64,000 nucleotides of DNA from Azolla caroliniana. Taxonomy: Eukaryota; Plantae; Polypodiophyta. Shown in pieces: positions 50,601 through 64,000 of this stretch. Position 1 is the stretch's first letter. Each line of letters starts with the position of its first letter. The stretch covers positions 19,778,001 through 19,842,000 of the forward strand of contig JBHGNT010000014.1 in the NCBI GenBank assembly GCA_043228905.1, given 5' to 3'. The position numbers were made by a program, and so were the translations under genes. The notes under the pieces are model-generated. The model searched no databases. It was not told where the DNA came from and was given only the letters and a program-made list of their open reading frames with translations.

Positions 50601-51543
50601 TAGACACATTCTTATCTTTATCTAATCCAGTGGATTCTCGAGATCTTCCACGCAAATCAACTGAATCCAAGGGAATATAGTCGGGAGCTGACTGTGCTTG
50701 TCTCAGCCTTTCTCTCTTTGCTTTGGCCGCAGCTATGGCTGCAGCATCAGGAATGTGTGTAACACCTCCTCCTTCAGCCCCGGTACCTATTCCCATCAAT
50801 CCAAGCCTATTCTCAGCATCATCATCTTTTTCCATATTCGATCTAAAACTCTCACCATTACTTGTTCTAAAACTCTCTACATTAGTTGATGCAAAACTGG
50901 CATCTTGCAACCTTATGCTTCTAAACTGTCCATCTATATTCTGCGAAACCGTCTTAATTTCCAAATTATCTACGGCTACAACCGGCGGTGGTTTTACAGA
51001 GCCTTTCAAAACCACAATCGGCTCTGAGGGCGGTTTACCACTGTCGGAAGAAGACGGTGGTTTTGCACCACCTAAGCGAACAGTGTTCTTCTGAAGTTCC
51101 ATAAGCTTCTCCTTCGTATATTCTCCAGCTTGCGGTTGGAAATTAGAAGCAAAACCTGCTCCTTTCTCCTTTACCACAGATAATTTAGCCGCGGATCCAG
51201 GCAAAGCTCCAAATCCCGCCATTTTCTTTTTTGTTTTCGAAGAAGATGAGGAATCTAAAGGGAGTATCTCATCTCTCTCGAAACTTACCAGTGGTTTTAA
51301 CGCAGGAGGAACCTTCTCTTTCTTCTTCGAGGCATGGCTTCCATCGGTGTGGTTGTCTTCATCTTCTGCGAAGCTGAGGAGCTTAGTAGCAGCACCTGAG
51401 GGTTTCTTCTGTTTGGCAGGTTTTTCCTTCTTCGAAGAAGGGGACTTCGAGGGGATGTGCGGTTTGAGAGGCTCTGTTTCTTCGCCGTTGCCATCGCCAT
51501 CGCCATCGTCAGCTCTGCGTCTGAAATTCTTCGTCTTCATCAT
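44605..51543 (-). CDS. ILP1: ILP1-like / GC-rich sequence DNA-binding factor (GCFC2/PAXBP1/Ntr2-like); 6 exons (51543-50203, 49798-49631, 48817-48141, 47969-47687, 46420-46137, 44791-44605)
   Basis: NFRRR, LLSFAEDE, QPQAGEYTKEKL.ELQKNT, AKRERLRQA..APDYIPLD, WEEEQLRKG.GKR, LDEFGRDLN, GESSSDESESE, FSPYVRIELLKWDPL and AYRFGTSIRLLRNV.LWK; all introns are GT-AG and in phase. Confidence 0.95.
46545..47109 (-). mobile_element. Solo-LTR-like insertion (565 bp) with non-canonical TATC...GATA termini in ILP1 intron 4
   Basis: 5-bp TSD TTATA (46540-46544, 47110-47114), inverted termini TATC.G/C.GATA, minus-strand TATA box CTATAAATA at about 46889-46897, and higher GC than the host intron. Confidence 0.65.
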
Positions 51544-51649
51544 CGTCGAGGCATCAGAAGTTCAGAATCGCTGAGAGAGAGAGAGAGAGAGAAAGAAAGA
51601 AAGAGAGCATAAATACGAAATTTAAGCTGATGCCCCTGGCTCTATGGTC

Positions 51650-51770
51650 TCTGTTTTTTGCGTTTTGCTTTTTGCTTTTTGCTTTTTGCTTTTTGGCTTT
51701 TTGGCTTTTTGCGTGTTGCTATTTGCTTTCTGCTCTTTGCCCTTTTGCCTTCTGGCCTTGTGGCTTTCAC
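51650..51770. repeat. Degenerate (TTTTGC)n tract upstream of ILP1
   Basis: Directly visible. Confidence 0.85.
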
Positions 51771-53441
51771 TTATGCGAGGGGGACAAGCAGAAGAGGCAT
51801 ATCGGGAGCTCTATAGGATGTTACATTTAGCTCTATTTTGGCCGCACAAAATGACACAAGATCTACCATCTCTTTCTTTCTCCTAATTTCTAAACGCCCC
51901 TCCATGCCTAAGTGAGTGGGGCACGCACACTTTCCTCATCCGGACGAATGGCTTCGCGATTCTCTCCCGATTATCCTCCTTGAAAGATCAATTCCGCAAA
52001 TTCGCTCTCAACTTGATCCTGATCGAAGAGAGGGGTGGGATCTTTTGTTGAAAACTTGCACCTTAGGTTACAAGAGATCACTTTTTTGTTGGTTTGCATT
52101 TTAGCACATACGGGAGAATATAAAGAAGTCTCACATGGATTCCTCAATAAGGTATTGCCTTTTCATATTGCTTTGTAAAAGACTATCATTCCAAATCAAA
52201 GTTTTTATCGTCATGGTGATGTTCATTTAATGTACTTCTATGCCATGATACAAGGCCAACCCATCATCACATCTACACAAAAGCTCAAAAGGTATAAAAA
52301 ATAATCCATGTTTTGCCCCATGAACATGTTCGCAAATATAAGTATCACGCTCTGCTACAATCTACAATCCCCCACCTTTGATGGCATTTGAGCTTTCTTT
52401 CCTACATTTTTTAATTAGAACTATCATTCCATGCATTTCTTGGAGAAAGCACAATGTGCACTCTCAATTGCAATGTTCATCAATAAAAATCTTGTGCATC
52501 CAGCATCAATTATCAATTCCACGCACATTATGTGAAAATGTTTCACTTTGGTTCCATAGGTCATATTTGAGCTTTGAAAATTATTATGAGAGAGGGGGGG
52601 AGAGAGAGAGAAATTGACTGACCATGTTGAGATTATCATCAAACTACATGTTGAAAATTTCTTTTACCATGGGTATAATTAATATACTTAAAATACGAAG
52701 CATGTTCATATGCTCCAATCCATAACCACTCAACAAGAATGAAGCATGCATATACTTCATACCAAATGAAATAATAGTGTCATGGTGGATTTGTATATAC
52801 CATAATAAAGCAAAGTGAACACAATTTTAAAAATAATTATGTCTTTGTTGGCATCATTCACGAGCACTTTTTCCAGGTACAATATCACAAATGGGCCATA
52901 CACAAGGAACAAATTCGCTGATTAACAAAACGCATGCAATATAGCAGAGTTAATAGTTTTATTCATATCTTACACAAAGTGACAACAATATGAGTACAGA
53001 TAGAACCAAAACATCTTTGAGAAATTCTTGCATTTACTGCAAACGCAAGGAAACGGCATTGTTATTGGTCGAATCAGCCATTGGGTTCAGTTTAAAGCTC
53101 ACTACCTACCTCATGCAGTCATGATACATATTCATATAAATTGTGATGTATAGAGAGACAAAGAGACGAGTCCATGCAACTTCTTTGCATGAGTAATACA
53201 GTGTTCATGTCATTAAATTGTTAGCTTTGCATTTAATTTGTGCACTGAAACAAGATAGTGATCTCATATGCTAAAACTGGTGAGAAGAAAGAAATGTCCC
53301 GCGGGTGAAAAAAATGGCTGAAATAATCAGCTTGGAACTAACGAAACACAAGCTCTCTTCCTACATATAGTAAAAGATGCCCATCTCCTTTTCATGAACA
53401 TATATCACATTGTGAGAGTTCTATTCAGTAGTTGTTGTGAG

Positions 53442-56400
53442 CTACAGGACTATTTTTTCCTTGGGCTTTAGGATCGGAGGATCTATTACAATACCCATAT
53501 TCGAAGCTGTTCCAGCGATAATTCTCATCGCCGATTCGATCGTGGTACAATTCAAGTCCTGAAGCTTCTCTGTTGCTATAGTTCTCACTTGCTCAGCAGT
53601 TACTGTCCCCACCTTCACTTTCTGTGGATTATCAGATCCCTTCTCAGCTCCTATTACACATCAACAAGTTCCACAGAACCATGCAAACCAACCTATCATG
53701 GTGAGTTCACAAAAAGATGGAAAAGAAAAGGAACATGCAGACCATCATTCAAGATGTGTTAAATAGAAGAATTGTTTTGAGATACACAAATTAAGGATTT
53801 TTCCTCGGAATTCAATACTCACCTGCAGCCTTGAGAAGCAGAATGGAGGCAGGGGGAGTCTTTAGCACAAAAGTGAAGCTCTTGTCCTGGTGTGTTGCAA
53901 AACATGAACTCAGTCAGTCAATATAGTTTGAATTATAAATATTGTCTAAAATGACTAGCAGATTTATTGGAAAGAAGGAGTTGCTTTGCAAGCGTCTTTT
54001 GTGTGTGTGGCTGTGTAACTAAGTGTTTAAACAACAAAGTGGAAATCCCAGATGTCTATTTGTTAAAACCATCTATGTTTTTCTCCCATGACATCATTTC
54101 ACATACAGGCAGAATAAATCATGTTTCTCCATAATCACTAAAACATATTTTCTGTTTTTGGCTGAGCATTTTTTTATACCAAAGGTGAGAACAAAAAACT
54201 CTTAACGTATTAAAAAAAAGAAAACCCTCTCTTCTCTGGAAATGATATAATCTAATTCGCCGAGTTTGTGATGTACTTACATCAAAAACGGTGATCTCGA
54301 CGGGTATGACATAACCTGCCTTATCAGCAGTCTTTGCATTATATTCCTTGCAGAATGCCATGATGTTCACACCCTTTGAACCCAACGCAGGTCCAACTGG
54401 TGGTGCAGGGGTTGCTTTTCCAGCTTCAAGTGCTAATTTTACCACAGCTACCACTGCATAATAAAAACAATGACAACAACAACAAAATGGTTCAAACAAA
54501 TCTCAGAACTTAGATAATGAAAAGAATGTCGCCCATTTTACACTTCTTAAAGACCATATAGCAGCAACATAGCACAGCACAACATTCAAAAAAAAATTAA
54601 ACAAGAAAAAACCTCAGCAGCTTCCTGTAAAACACATACACCTTTACATTAAATGCAATGAAAATTTCTCCCTACGTTTTGAGATGCAGACTTTATGTGC
54701 ACATCCTAAGGAATTTCAGCTATTGAGGTCGTAAACTTTGCCCATGCATCTCATATCCTTTTACCTTCACCAACCTAAATGTTATGGGATCTACTTCCAT
54801 ACACAGATTATAATTTGAGTTAGTTGTAGGCTTAGCACTTTATCCTCATTTGAACTCCACTCTGGATTAATCTTCAGCTTCCCTATTTCCAGTTATTGAT
54901 TCAAGTTCTTATCACCTAGTAGGGATATTGATCTTCTTGCTTGATTGTTTTCATGGTAGGGCACTGAATGGTTCCAAAGATAAAAAAATATAGAGGTTCT
55001 TACCTAGATCCCCTTAGTGTGAAGTACCTATGATCACATAATATGCTGAAGCTCTTCGATTCTTGGCTCACAGGGTATCCGCAACAATTTTAGCAGAATA
55101 TTTGATACACTGGCAATACTTAGAAGATGCATCGATTAATCCATCATCGATCTTGTAATGTACAGGTTAAACAGTGTGTGACTCATACCTGACTACCAAA
55201 GTATGCGTGCCCATTGTCCATAAGAAAACTAGTAAACTTTCCATATGTTTTTGGGGAGTTAACTTAAAGAAAAAAACAAAGAAAGTGAGGCACTTATATC
55301 GGCATACAATGTATCTGCACTGCATTTCCCAAGTTATTCAACAAAAAGGATATCTCACAATCATAGGCATGCCAAAGGCAATGAAGGAGCCCAAATCAAC
55401 ACAGAACAGAAAGAATTTTGTAAAATGCCTCAGACAAAAACCCCAGTTCTCACAGCCTTGTATACAGGCACATAATTTCCTTCGATATACTACCAAGTCT
55501 CATGTTTACTCTTTCTTAACAAAGGCAAAACATTTATCTAAAATTACTACCATACTGATTTGTAGTATCATAAATAGGCACAAAACTATCACCAACATAC
55601 AACTGTATCCCTTTGCAGTCACTTATAAAGGCCCAAAATCTCTATAATGTACTACTACAGTTTATTTATAGTCTAGTATAAAGACATAGAATCTCTGTCA
55701 TATCTTTTGTACAGTCTCTTATAATCATACGACATCGTAACATACAAACATATCTCGTTTGCAGTCTATACAGAATTTACGTAATACACTTATAACACAT
55801 TGCATCATTTAGAGTCTCTTATAAAGGCACAGAATCTCTTCGATATACTAACATTATCCCATTTACAAACACTTATAAAGACAAACATCTCTAATATAGC
55901 CTACCATATCTCATTTACAAAGACAAAACATCGTCTCTAATATAGGGTTACCATCTCATATTCATAAAGGAATCAAAATATCTCTAATTTGGTGTTGCCA
56001 TATATCATTTATAAAGGCACAAAATATCGCTACTATGCTGATACCATATCTCAGTTAAAAAGACATAAAAACATCTGTGATATAGTGCTATCATATCACA
56101 TTCGAAGGCATAAATTTATCTCTGATATAGTGTATCAATTCTCATTTCATCACTACGCTAAAATATCTCATTTACAGCATCATACAGAATGTCATTGATA
56201 TGTTGCGATATCTCATTTTAAATGCACACAAGATTCTCTGATACATTGCTATATCTCATTTTAAAGGCACACAAAAATTCTCTGATTTGCTACCATATCT
56301 CATTCACGGGCACACAAAAACTTTCTCTACAAACACACCAATTTTGAACAAGGTTAAAACTATTTCGCCTAAGAAACATACAATCTAACCTTTCTTGGCC

Positions 56401-56579
56401 TTCCCTGCAGGTTTGGGAGGAGCCATGGCGACGATCTTCCGAGAAGGCATGGGGTTAGAGGAGGCTGGGCGAGCAGAGACCATGTTGCTCTTGAGAGAAT
56501 TGGGCGAGAAAGAAAGACGAGAGGAGAGGTCGGTGCTCTTAGTGGGAAGCCAGGTCGAGACCAGAGAGGAAGACGCCAT
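53442..56579 (-). CDS. RPL11: Plastid 50S ribosomal protein L11 with transit peptide; 4 exons (56579-56390, 54453-54281, 53886-53823, 53650-53442)
   Basis: Ser-rich MASSS.. transit peptide, [12 protein letters not shown]|[77 protein letters not shown]; TAG at 53444-53442. Confidence 0.97.
55560..56330. repeat. Degenerate about 40-45-bp minisatellite in RPL11 intron 1
   Basis: Recurrent ccatatctcattt..aaaggcac.aaa..tctctgata units. Confidence 0.7.
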
Positions 56580-56795
56580 AGCCACAAAGAAAGCTTTGCT
56601 CTGTTCTCCTTTCCACCTGTAGTGTAGGAAGTATAGAGGAAGAGAGCACAAAGAAGAAGAAGAAGAAGAAGAAGAAGAAGAAGAGTTATAGATAAGGTGA
56701 GTTTATGTGAGTAGAGTAGTAATGTGTGAAAGGTGACAAAGAATTAGACTGTATTCATTCATTCATTCATTCATTCCAAAGCTACTCCTTTTCAA

Positions 56796-57027
56796 TGGAC
56801 TTTACGGCCGCCCGCATTTTGTCCGTGGCCCAAAACCCCCCAGCATTTTTGTCTAAGGCCCAAACCCCGACTCACTAACTTACGGGACTCGGTCATATTG
56901 ACACAGTATGGATGGACTTTATGACCACCCGTATTTTGTCCGTGGCCCAAAACCCCCAACATTTTTGTCCATGACCTAAACCCCGACTCTCTACCATACA
57001 GGATTCTGTCATACTGACACAGTATGG
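56796..57027. repeat. About 117-bp tandem duplication in the RPL11 upstream region containing GGCCCA motifs
   Basis: atggacttta..ttttgtccgtggcccaaaaccccc..aaaccccgactc..tcata.tgacacagtatgg occurs twice. Confidence 0.85.
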
Positions 57028-58354
57028 GGCATTCTCATTGGCCAAAAGAGACTTCTGCCACCCTCGTTTTTGCCCACATTCCAGAACTTGGCATTTTTCG
57101 TTTGATGTCTGAACCCAACTCCAGCTCCACACACAGAACTGCTTTCGTGCTGAAGAGGCGGTGTGTTCTCATTGGTTGTAAGGAAAGTCGGGTGAATAGC
57201 TAGATTCTCATCCGTCCTATTCCTTTGTCCCATTCTTTCAGTGTGATTTGCGTGCACATGAGTGTGCTTTACAAATAAGGTCACCATTCTTCAATGTGAT
57301 TTGTGTAAGTACTTCTGTGAAAGCCGCACATATTATTGAACCTTTGTCGTCATCCAAATAGACATTGCATGTCGATGAGGTAGCTTTTCATTAGTTCTAC
57401 TCATTCCGTTTCTTAGGAATAATTCAAATTGAATAGTTTGGCAAAATTTCAAAGTTGAGACGTTGAGTACTCATTGATCTCATAAAAAGTCACGTAGACA
57501 CAACTAATTGGTTAGATTTTTTAGGTTGGAGAAAAGGTATAAGAAAATGTGCCATTTATGATCTGATCAAGGCAAGCCCAATCAAAATGTAAATAGTTTT
57601 GAACTAGCGAGTAGCTGGTTTAAAGCCTAGTCTCATAAAGAAATTTATAAAGCCTTTTAAACTAGGAAAAAAAGACTTGCTTGACATTCTCGGACTCTCA
57701 ATTTGAAGGTCACATTATTTTTTCTGTACAATAATTAAAATTTATGACCGGTTACTTCTTTTTTCTAATTGGTTTTTACAAGTTAATTGAACATTACATT
57801 TGCAAATAATTTGCAATGCATCACGTTACTTGTATGTAGATATCTGGTTTGTGAATGTATACATCAAAAGATATTGCGTGGACTCTGTTACAAATAACAG
57901 TCAGATTAGAAATGTCTGTAAATTTTTAGTTAAGGAACACGAGTACATTTTCATCATGAAACAGACTTTCAAATAAGTTTAAAATTATAATTCTTAAAAC
58001 CGCGCGACCTTAACGTTGCTTGAATACAAGTCACAAACTTGGATACACAAACTTGATTAAGAAGCAAGTAGGAGCAACACAACAGCAACAAACATGAATC
58101 AGAAACTTCTCAAGAACATGATTGTCCCAAAAAGCATCAGATTCATGGCCAGTGATGAACCTCTTATATAACCAATTGATATTATGTGGACTCCACATTT
58201 TCTTTTTCAAACAACATTGAAATTTCACATTTGTGCAACCTCTTCAATATTACAAACTCAAAATTGAGGCTTGTCATTGTTGAAAAGTACCTACTGACCA
58301 GCTAATCTTCTAGATGACAATAGCATATTACAGACTTAAGAAAGATCAGCTCAT

Positions 58355-61085
58355 CTAATCTTCTGTATATAATACATCAGCATCTAGCTTTTTCGGTTGT
58401 CGAGCTAGACGAGCATCTCTTTCTTGTTCATATTCTCGTAGCTCACTTCTTTGTAGAAAGGCAACCCTATCAGTATATTTCCCCCCACTCTTTTTGTAAG
58501 ATTCTAACTCTTCATTGATTTGTTTCTCTTCCTTGAACTCACTCCAATCTTTTCTCGACTTCTCTAGCACATTAAGCTTTGGTTTCTTGTCAATCTGTTT
58601 AAGAAGAGCATCTAGGCCTGATGATGAGAAAGCCATCATCTCTTGCTTCCGCTTCAAATCTTCAGCGGCTTTTGAGTTTGGATCAAGGTATTTTGTGATT
58701 TTGACTTCCTCCCCAGCAAAATCTCTTACTTCATTCACCTATTAAATACCAAAGTTGAGCTTTTCTTTATCAATCACAAAATATATCAAATGGTATTTTC
58801 AAACTTTGGCCATCAATTTTGAGCTTTTATCAATCACAAAAACATCAATGGTGACATGCAACTATATCCATCAGATTTGAGCTTTCATCAATCACAAAAA
58901 CGTTCAAATATTGCTAGTATATTAGCCATCAATGTACCTCTATCTTGCCAATTTTACTTGCATCAGATGCTGCTTTTGCAGCAGCTATTGCGGTTGCGGC
59001 GATTCTTTTTGCATCTTCTTTACTTTGATCATTTTCCCCTTTGAGAGCTAAATCTTTGCCGCTCTTGATTGTAGTGGTCGTCTTCTGGTGTGCAAACCCT
59101 AGACTAACCATCCACTCCTGGATGCCAGACATGATATTGTCAAACTTAAAACCATTAGACGTATTATATATAGATAGATATGTAGCAAACACCTGCAAGG
59201 GAACTGCGCAATTTCTCACCATTATTCATATGTGATTCTGACAAAACATGGTCTGAAAGGTATCCTACATACTGTGTACTAAGAGCATGAACTTAAAAAC
59301 TGCATAAAACAAACTCCAGAATAACATATAACTGTAACATTCAACTCCTGAGACCCAAACCCAGCAGGTGCAACATCATAAACTTATCATGCATCTACAC
59401 TGGATAAAATCTGCACCCAATAGTACATGCAGGGTTATAAAAATAGCTAGTCCATATTATAAATAGAGCAATTGTGAAGCTATTCCTTGCCCTCTATTGG
59501 TAGTTTACAATTGGTCTCAAACAGCAAGGGTCAGTGCAACCCTGACAGAACCACTACATTCCGATGACAATATCTTGATATCTAACAGAAGTTTGGCCAA
59601 CATATGTATTACAAATCCCACCCATGGGATGATTGTGCAGGGTTTCTCATCGATTCATGACTAGTCAGGTCATTATGTCCATTACACGCTATATTTTATG
59701 CCATCTCATTCAATGGCACATTTCCCTTGAGAGAAATAGCCAGAGCAATTATTACTATAGGGTACGTGCTATGAGGCATAAGTCATGATGCACTTGAATG
59801 CCATATGCAGACATACCAAGAATCTTGGCTGTTCCATAAATTGGTCATAATCAAATATTTACATGGAGTACTATGTTGGAACCTAACATGTGTATCATGA
59901 TGAGGACAATTCAAAACAGATATCAGGGAAACATTTGTAAAATATATGTTATAAAGGTATATAAAGGAGGAATAAATTTGGGAACATAATCATTTGCTAT
60001 TATCCTTCAATACCACCTAAAACAAACTTACAGGAACAGATTGGGTTTTCTTTGTCTCCCCAACCTTTGCTCCCACTTTCTTTACTTCGTCGATCTTTGT
60101 TTCTAATTTCTTTGGAACAAACTTTGTGATCGGAGAAGTGTTCTTAGCATTTAGTCGTTCCCAAATTGCATTTATGCGATCTTTCTTTTCTGAAACAAAA
60201 AAGAGAGTTATTTAAATGAGAACAATACTCACCCACAAACATAATAGAAATAAGCAAGGATTTTGAGACACTGACAAGTGCCACCAGACACCGTTTATGA
60301 ACGAAAAGACAATGACATTTTATAATTTGTGCCAAGGAAAGAGTACGTAATGAGCTTGCATATAAAGTTGAGGATTTACTTCTCCGAAAAAGGAGAAGAC
60401 ACATGAGAATGTTGACAATTCATTTCTTAAAGAGAGAGAGAGAGAGAGACCATTAAGGTTTGATTGCAAAGAATGTTGCATCTGTATTGAGCTTTTACCT
60501 TGCCAAAAAGGTGGAGCAAGATTGATTTTGCTAATGTTTTATTGAGGATTTGGATTCTTAGTACTAAGACTCACTAGAACCCTACTGCATTTCTTATGTG
60601 TGTGTGTGTTAAGCAGGGGTGCCCAATCTCACCAACTCCCTTTGGTTTATGCATTGATGAAATTGGAAAAAATGGTTGAGGACTTTGTACAAAAAGAAGG
60701 TATTGAAAAGATTCCGAGTGTGGAAATGTAAACGATGGATGTATTAACTTGATCACACAGCAATACTCTCTTTTTTCTTTTTGTCTTTTTTTTCTCTAAA
60801 ATGATTCAACTTAAGGAAAACAAAAGGAGCTTACAATAGAAATGTCAATGTAGGTTGGGATGAGAAGCAGTATAAACAAACCTTACCTTCTGTTTGGAGT
60901 AACACCTGGGGCTCCTTCTTCTTCATCATCATCTTCTCTTCCTCTTCTCCTTCTTCTTTTTCTTCTTCTTTTTCTTCCTTTCTCTGCTCCTTCTCTTCGT
61001 TTTCCTTCAATTCCAGGTTCTCTTTCTTTCTCTTTTCTTGTTCTTCGATCTTCTGCTGCTGCTCCATATCATCATTCTCATCCAT
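58355..61085 (-). CDS. SWC5: SWR1-complex subunit SWC5 / BCNT (CFDP1-like); 4 exons (61085-60887, 60189-60032, 59117-58938, 58738-58355)
   Basis: Acidic/Lys N-terminus, RINAIWERLN, and BCNT-C domain EVRDFAGEEVKITK, GLDALLKQIDKKPKLNVLEKSRKDWSEFK, Y.DRVAFLQR..LREYE.ERDARL; GT-AG introns in phase. Confidence 0.93.
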
Positions 61086-64000
61086 GGTGGAGTGGCACTT
61101 CCCTTCCAGAGTCGACAAAGAAATTCCAAAAAGAAAGCAACAGAAAACCTGAAGTTCCTCTGTTTTTTTTTAAATCTCCACTACCAAATGTGAATCAAGA
61201 GAAAGAAAAGTCTTGAATAAAAAGAGGAAGAAGAGGCCAAGCTGAAGCTCTCCTCTGTTTTTAACCCCACTCACTCACTACCAAAGAATCTATACAAAGT
61301 GAAAGAAGTAAAGAGAGAAGAGAGCAAAACAAAAATCCTTAGGGGTCTCGGATGGAGCTCATCGGGACAAAGCGCAACCTAAACCAATTGATTCAAACCA
61401 CAAGCCGATTGTGTTAAAAAAAAACTCTAAGGCTTACCATGTTAGGGCAATAGATGTTTTGACACGCTAGGGTGAGTGACATTTAACAAGCTATATATGT
61501 ATGAGGCGAGAGACATATACGCCAACTCTGCAATTCCTATGGGGATGGATGATCACAAATACTAGTTTGTGCCTCCCCCACATTTAGATTGCATGTGATT
61601 ACACCAAAGCAGAATGGCCTGTCCTCCTCCTTGTTATTCTGTAGACCCACTAACTAGTATGCACATGTTGGTGTACTTTGGTTTGCTGAAAATAGAATTC
61701 CTTTAAAAAGAAAAGGCATTCTTTCCCGAGGGTAAAACATGTATGCTTCTTCGCACAAACAATCCAAAGTTTTAGACAACTTTTGATATCGTTAGAGTCC
61801 AATCCTGAAGAAGGCACTTCGTTCACCGAAATGTTGGTGGGGGTTTAAAGCTTTTGCAAGTCGAACATTCTTGAGTTTCTAAAACTTTTGGAAGTGTACA
61901 TGACAACCTATTAAGGTGGTTATCCTAAAACGATTAAAATGCAATGGGGCATGCCTCTAAACCCTAGAAAATGATATAGCTTGTCATTGTTGGGACAAAA
62001 TTGGGCTAATAAATAAGGTTGTCATTGTTTCTTTTTCAATGATTGCAAAGCATATAAAGCTTGAATATTTTCCATTCCAACCACAATTTCAACATCATTC
62101 CAAATCAACCAATTGCCAACTTAGTAGTGTTCTCATCTTGGAAGGCTACACCTCGACAAGCCAAATTTTTAAATGTATGTTAGCTATGACAAGGTTATCA
62201 ATTTTTACTTATACTCCATGTAAAAATATGTTTCATAAAGGTGTATTGATGAAACAAAGATGTGAATACAACTATGTAAAGTGCAGCCATGAATATTTTT
62301 GGAGTGGCCAAAATTTTGACTGAGTTCTTTGAAAGGATAACATTCTTTTTGTCACACGATATAACATAATGCAAAATATTGCATTCACAACGTCAACAAC
62401 TTCCTACACATTCAAACAGATAACACAAGCTTTGAATTAAACCACACGCCACACCAATTTGAAGGGAGCACTCAATAGACCACCACATTCTATGCAAGTA
62501 ATCAACCCAAAGACAATAATGATTACATTGATTGATAAGCACATGCATTTTCAGATTGCATATCTGAATAAACCTAATTTGTGGCCTTTGGATCAATAAT
62601 ATACCATTTTATTCATTAAGCTTGACCTAAGCTCTTGATCTCGATATTTTTGACAAGTAAAAACATCCATAGAAAGTCAAAACTCTTATGTTTTTTTCAA
62701 TAAATCTTTCTTCTTCCTTGGGGTGCCATTAATCAAGAGGTGGTGAAAATTGCAGTTACATCAAATCAAGGATGAAAAAATATTAAGACATCATATCCCA
62801 AAAAGACTACATCCATGATACAAATACATGGGAACCGGTGTTGGGGGAAAAACCTTATTCACATGACCTGAACGTGGAAGATATATATGTCCTTGAGGAG
62901 CCTTGTAAATCATTTAAGACCAATAATTTAACACTGACAAACTCAAGTTCACACTGTTCAGCCAAATCCAACTTTTACACATCACAGTGCACCCCCCAAA
63001 TCAGCAGTCCTATGTTTACAGTGTTTGAGCTTGCAAATTTGTGCTAAAGCTACAACAATTGCCTCAAAGTTAATATTGAATCACAGCAAATGATAAACTG
63101 AACGTGCCCATTTAAACAAGGATGTCATTATCTTCATTGATAATTCCATTTCTCATAGTGCATATGTTGGGTTCTATTACTTTTCTTTCCTAGATTCCTG
63201 AGATGAATCTTCCGAGGAGTCTTGAACAGAGGGCCTGGAATTATTCTGACCACTCATCATGTACCTGTAATACACCATTGAACTTAAGCCTTAACTCTTC
63301 ATCAAAACATGAAAATTACAAACATGAATGGAATAACGATCACAAGGTACTGAGAGATGAAATGAAAATGAATGCACATAGTAAATAAACAAACATTTTA
63401 CAAGTAATGTGAATACCTAATGAAAGTGGCCATTATGGAAGTCAGCAAATAGCGGGGAGATCCCTAAACTTGATGATGAACAAGATTGATAGATAAATAT
63501 TTTCATAGGCATATTTGATATCCATGGCCAATAATTATCTAGTCATCATTAGGACAGGCACATAAAGCCTTTATGTCCTCCTGTTTTGTTAAGCCATAGC
63601 CCATCATGATTCATGCATCAGATTTAAAGAATGTAATACTACTACTAATATGTCTTGAGACATTATTATAGCAAAGATCAAAGTTGAAAAACTGCAACTT
63701 TGACCATCCGAAAATGATAATGCAAAATTAGTTGCATACTCCAGGTTGTCCACACCTTTTTGTTCTGAAAGTTTAATAGTTGTTATAAATACCTATTGTC
63801 ACCTACATTTGTTGCAAGAGTTGGATGCTTAGTACATTGCTTTTACAAGTAATGTTGGAAATCAAATAGACCAATGGGAATCCATGGAGATTTCCATGAT
63901 AGACTTGGAAATCAAATAGACAATGGAATAATAATTATATCTCCAAGTTTGTTACACTCTGGATCTGTGACCCAGTTGGACCATTGTTTCCTGTTTCTTT

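Noticed and set aside
44605-61085. Co-oriented ILP1-RPL11-SWC5 trio as a functional cluster
   Set aside because: Unrelated housekeeping functions, each with its own upstream region; no evidence of a shared system
61400-64000. Short ORFs at the window end
   Set aside because: No recognisable homology; intergenic or intronic sequence

Overview
Eukaryotic land-plant nuclear DNA: AT-rich, with spliceosomal introns and many (GA)n/(CA)n microsatellites. The protein divergence suggests a non-angiosperm such as a fern, but that is inference only. Six host genes are supported with hand-checked splice sites: a WAK/LRK10L-type receptor-like kinase (-), RHD3 atlastin-like GTPase (+), a SIAMESE-related CDK inhibitor (-), ILP1/GCFC2-PAXBP1-like splicing factor (-), plastid ribosomal protein L11 (-) and SWC5/BCNT (-). 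About 24-43 kb is a transposon graveyard. It holds an internally deleted Ty1/copia element with a nested solo LTR and an internal telomeric tract, an RTE/RTEX-like LINE interrupted by a hAT MITE and lying tail-to-tail with an L1-type LINE fragment, and tRNA-derived SINE-like heads. I found no convincing multi-gene novel system. The best second-look items are a duplicated RHD3 exon that could act as a poison exon, a telomere-repeat scar at a deletion junction, a solo LTR-like element with TA..TA termini, microsatellite-bounded LINE insertions, and a dense ACGT-palindrome island.
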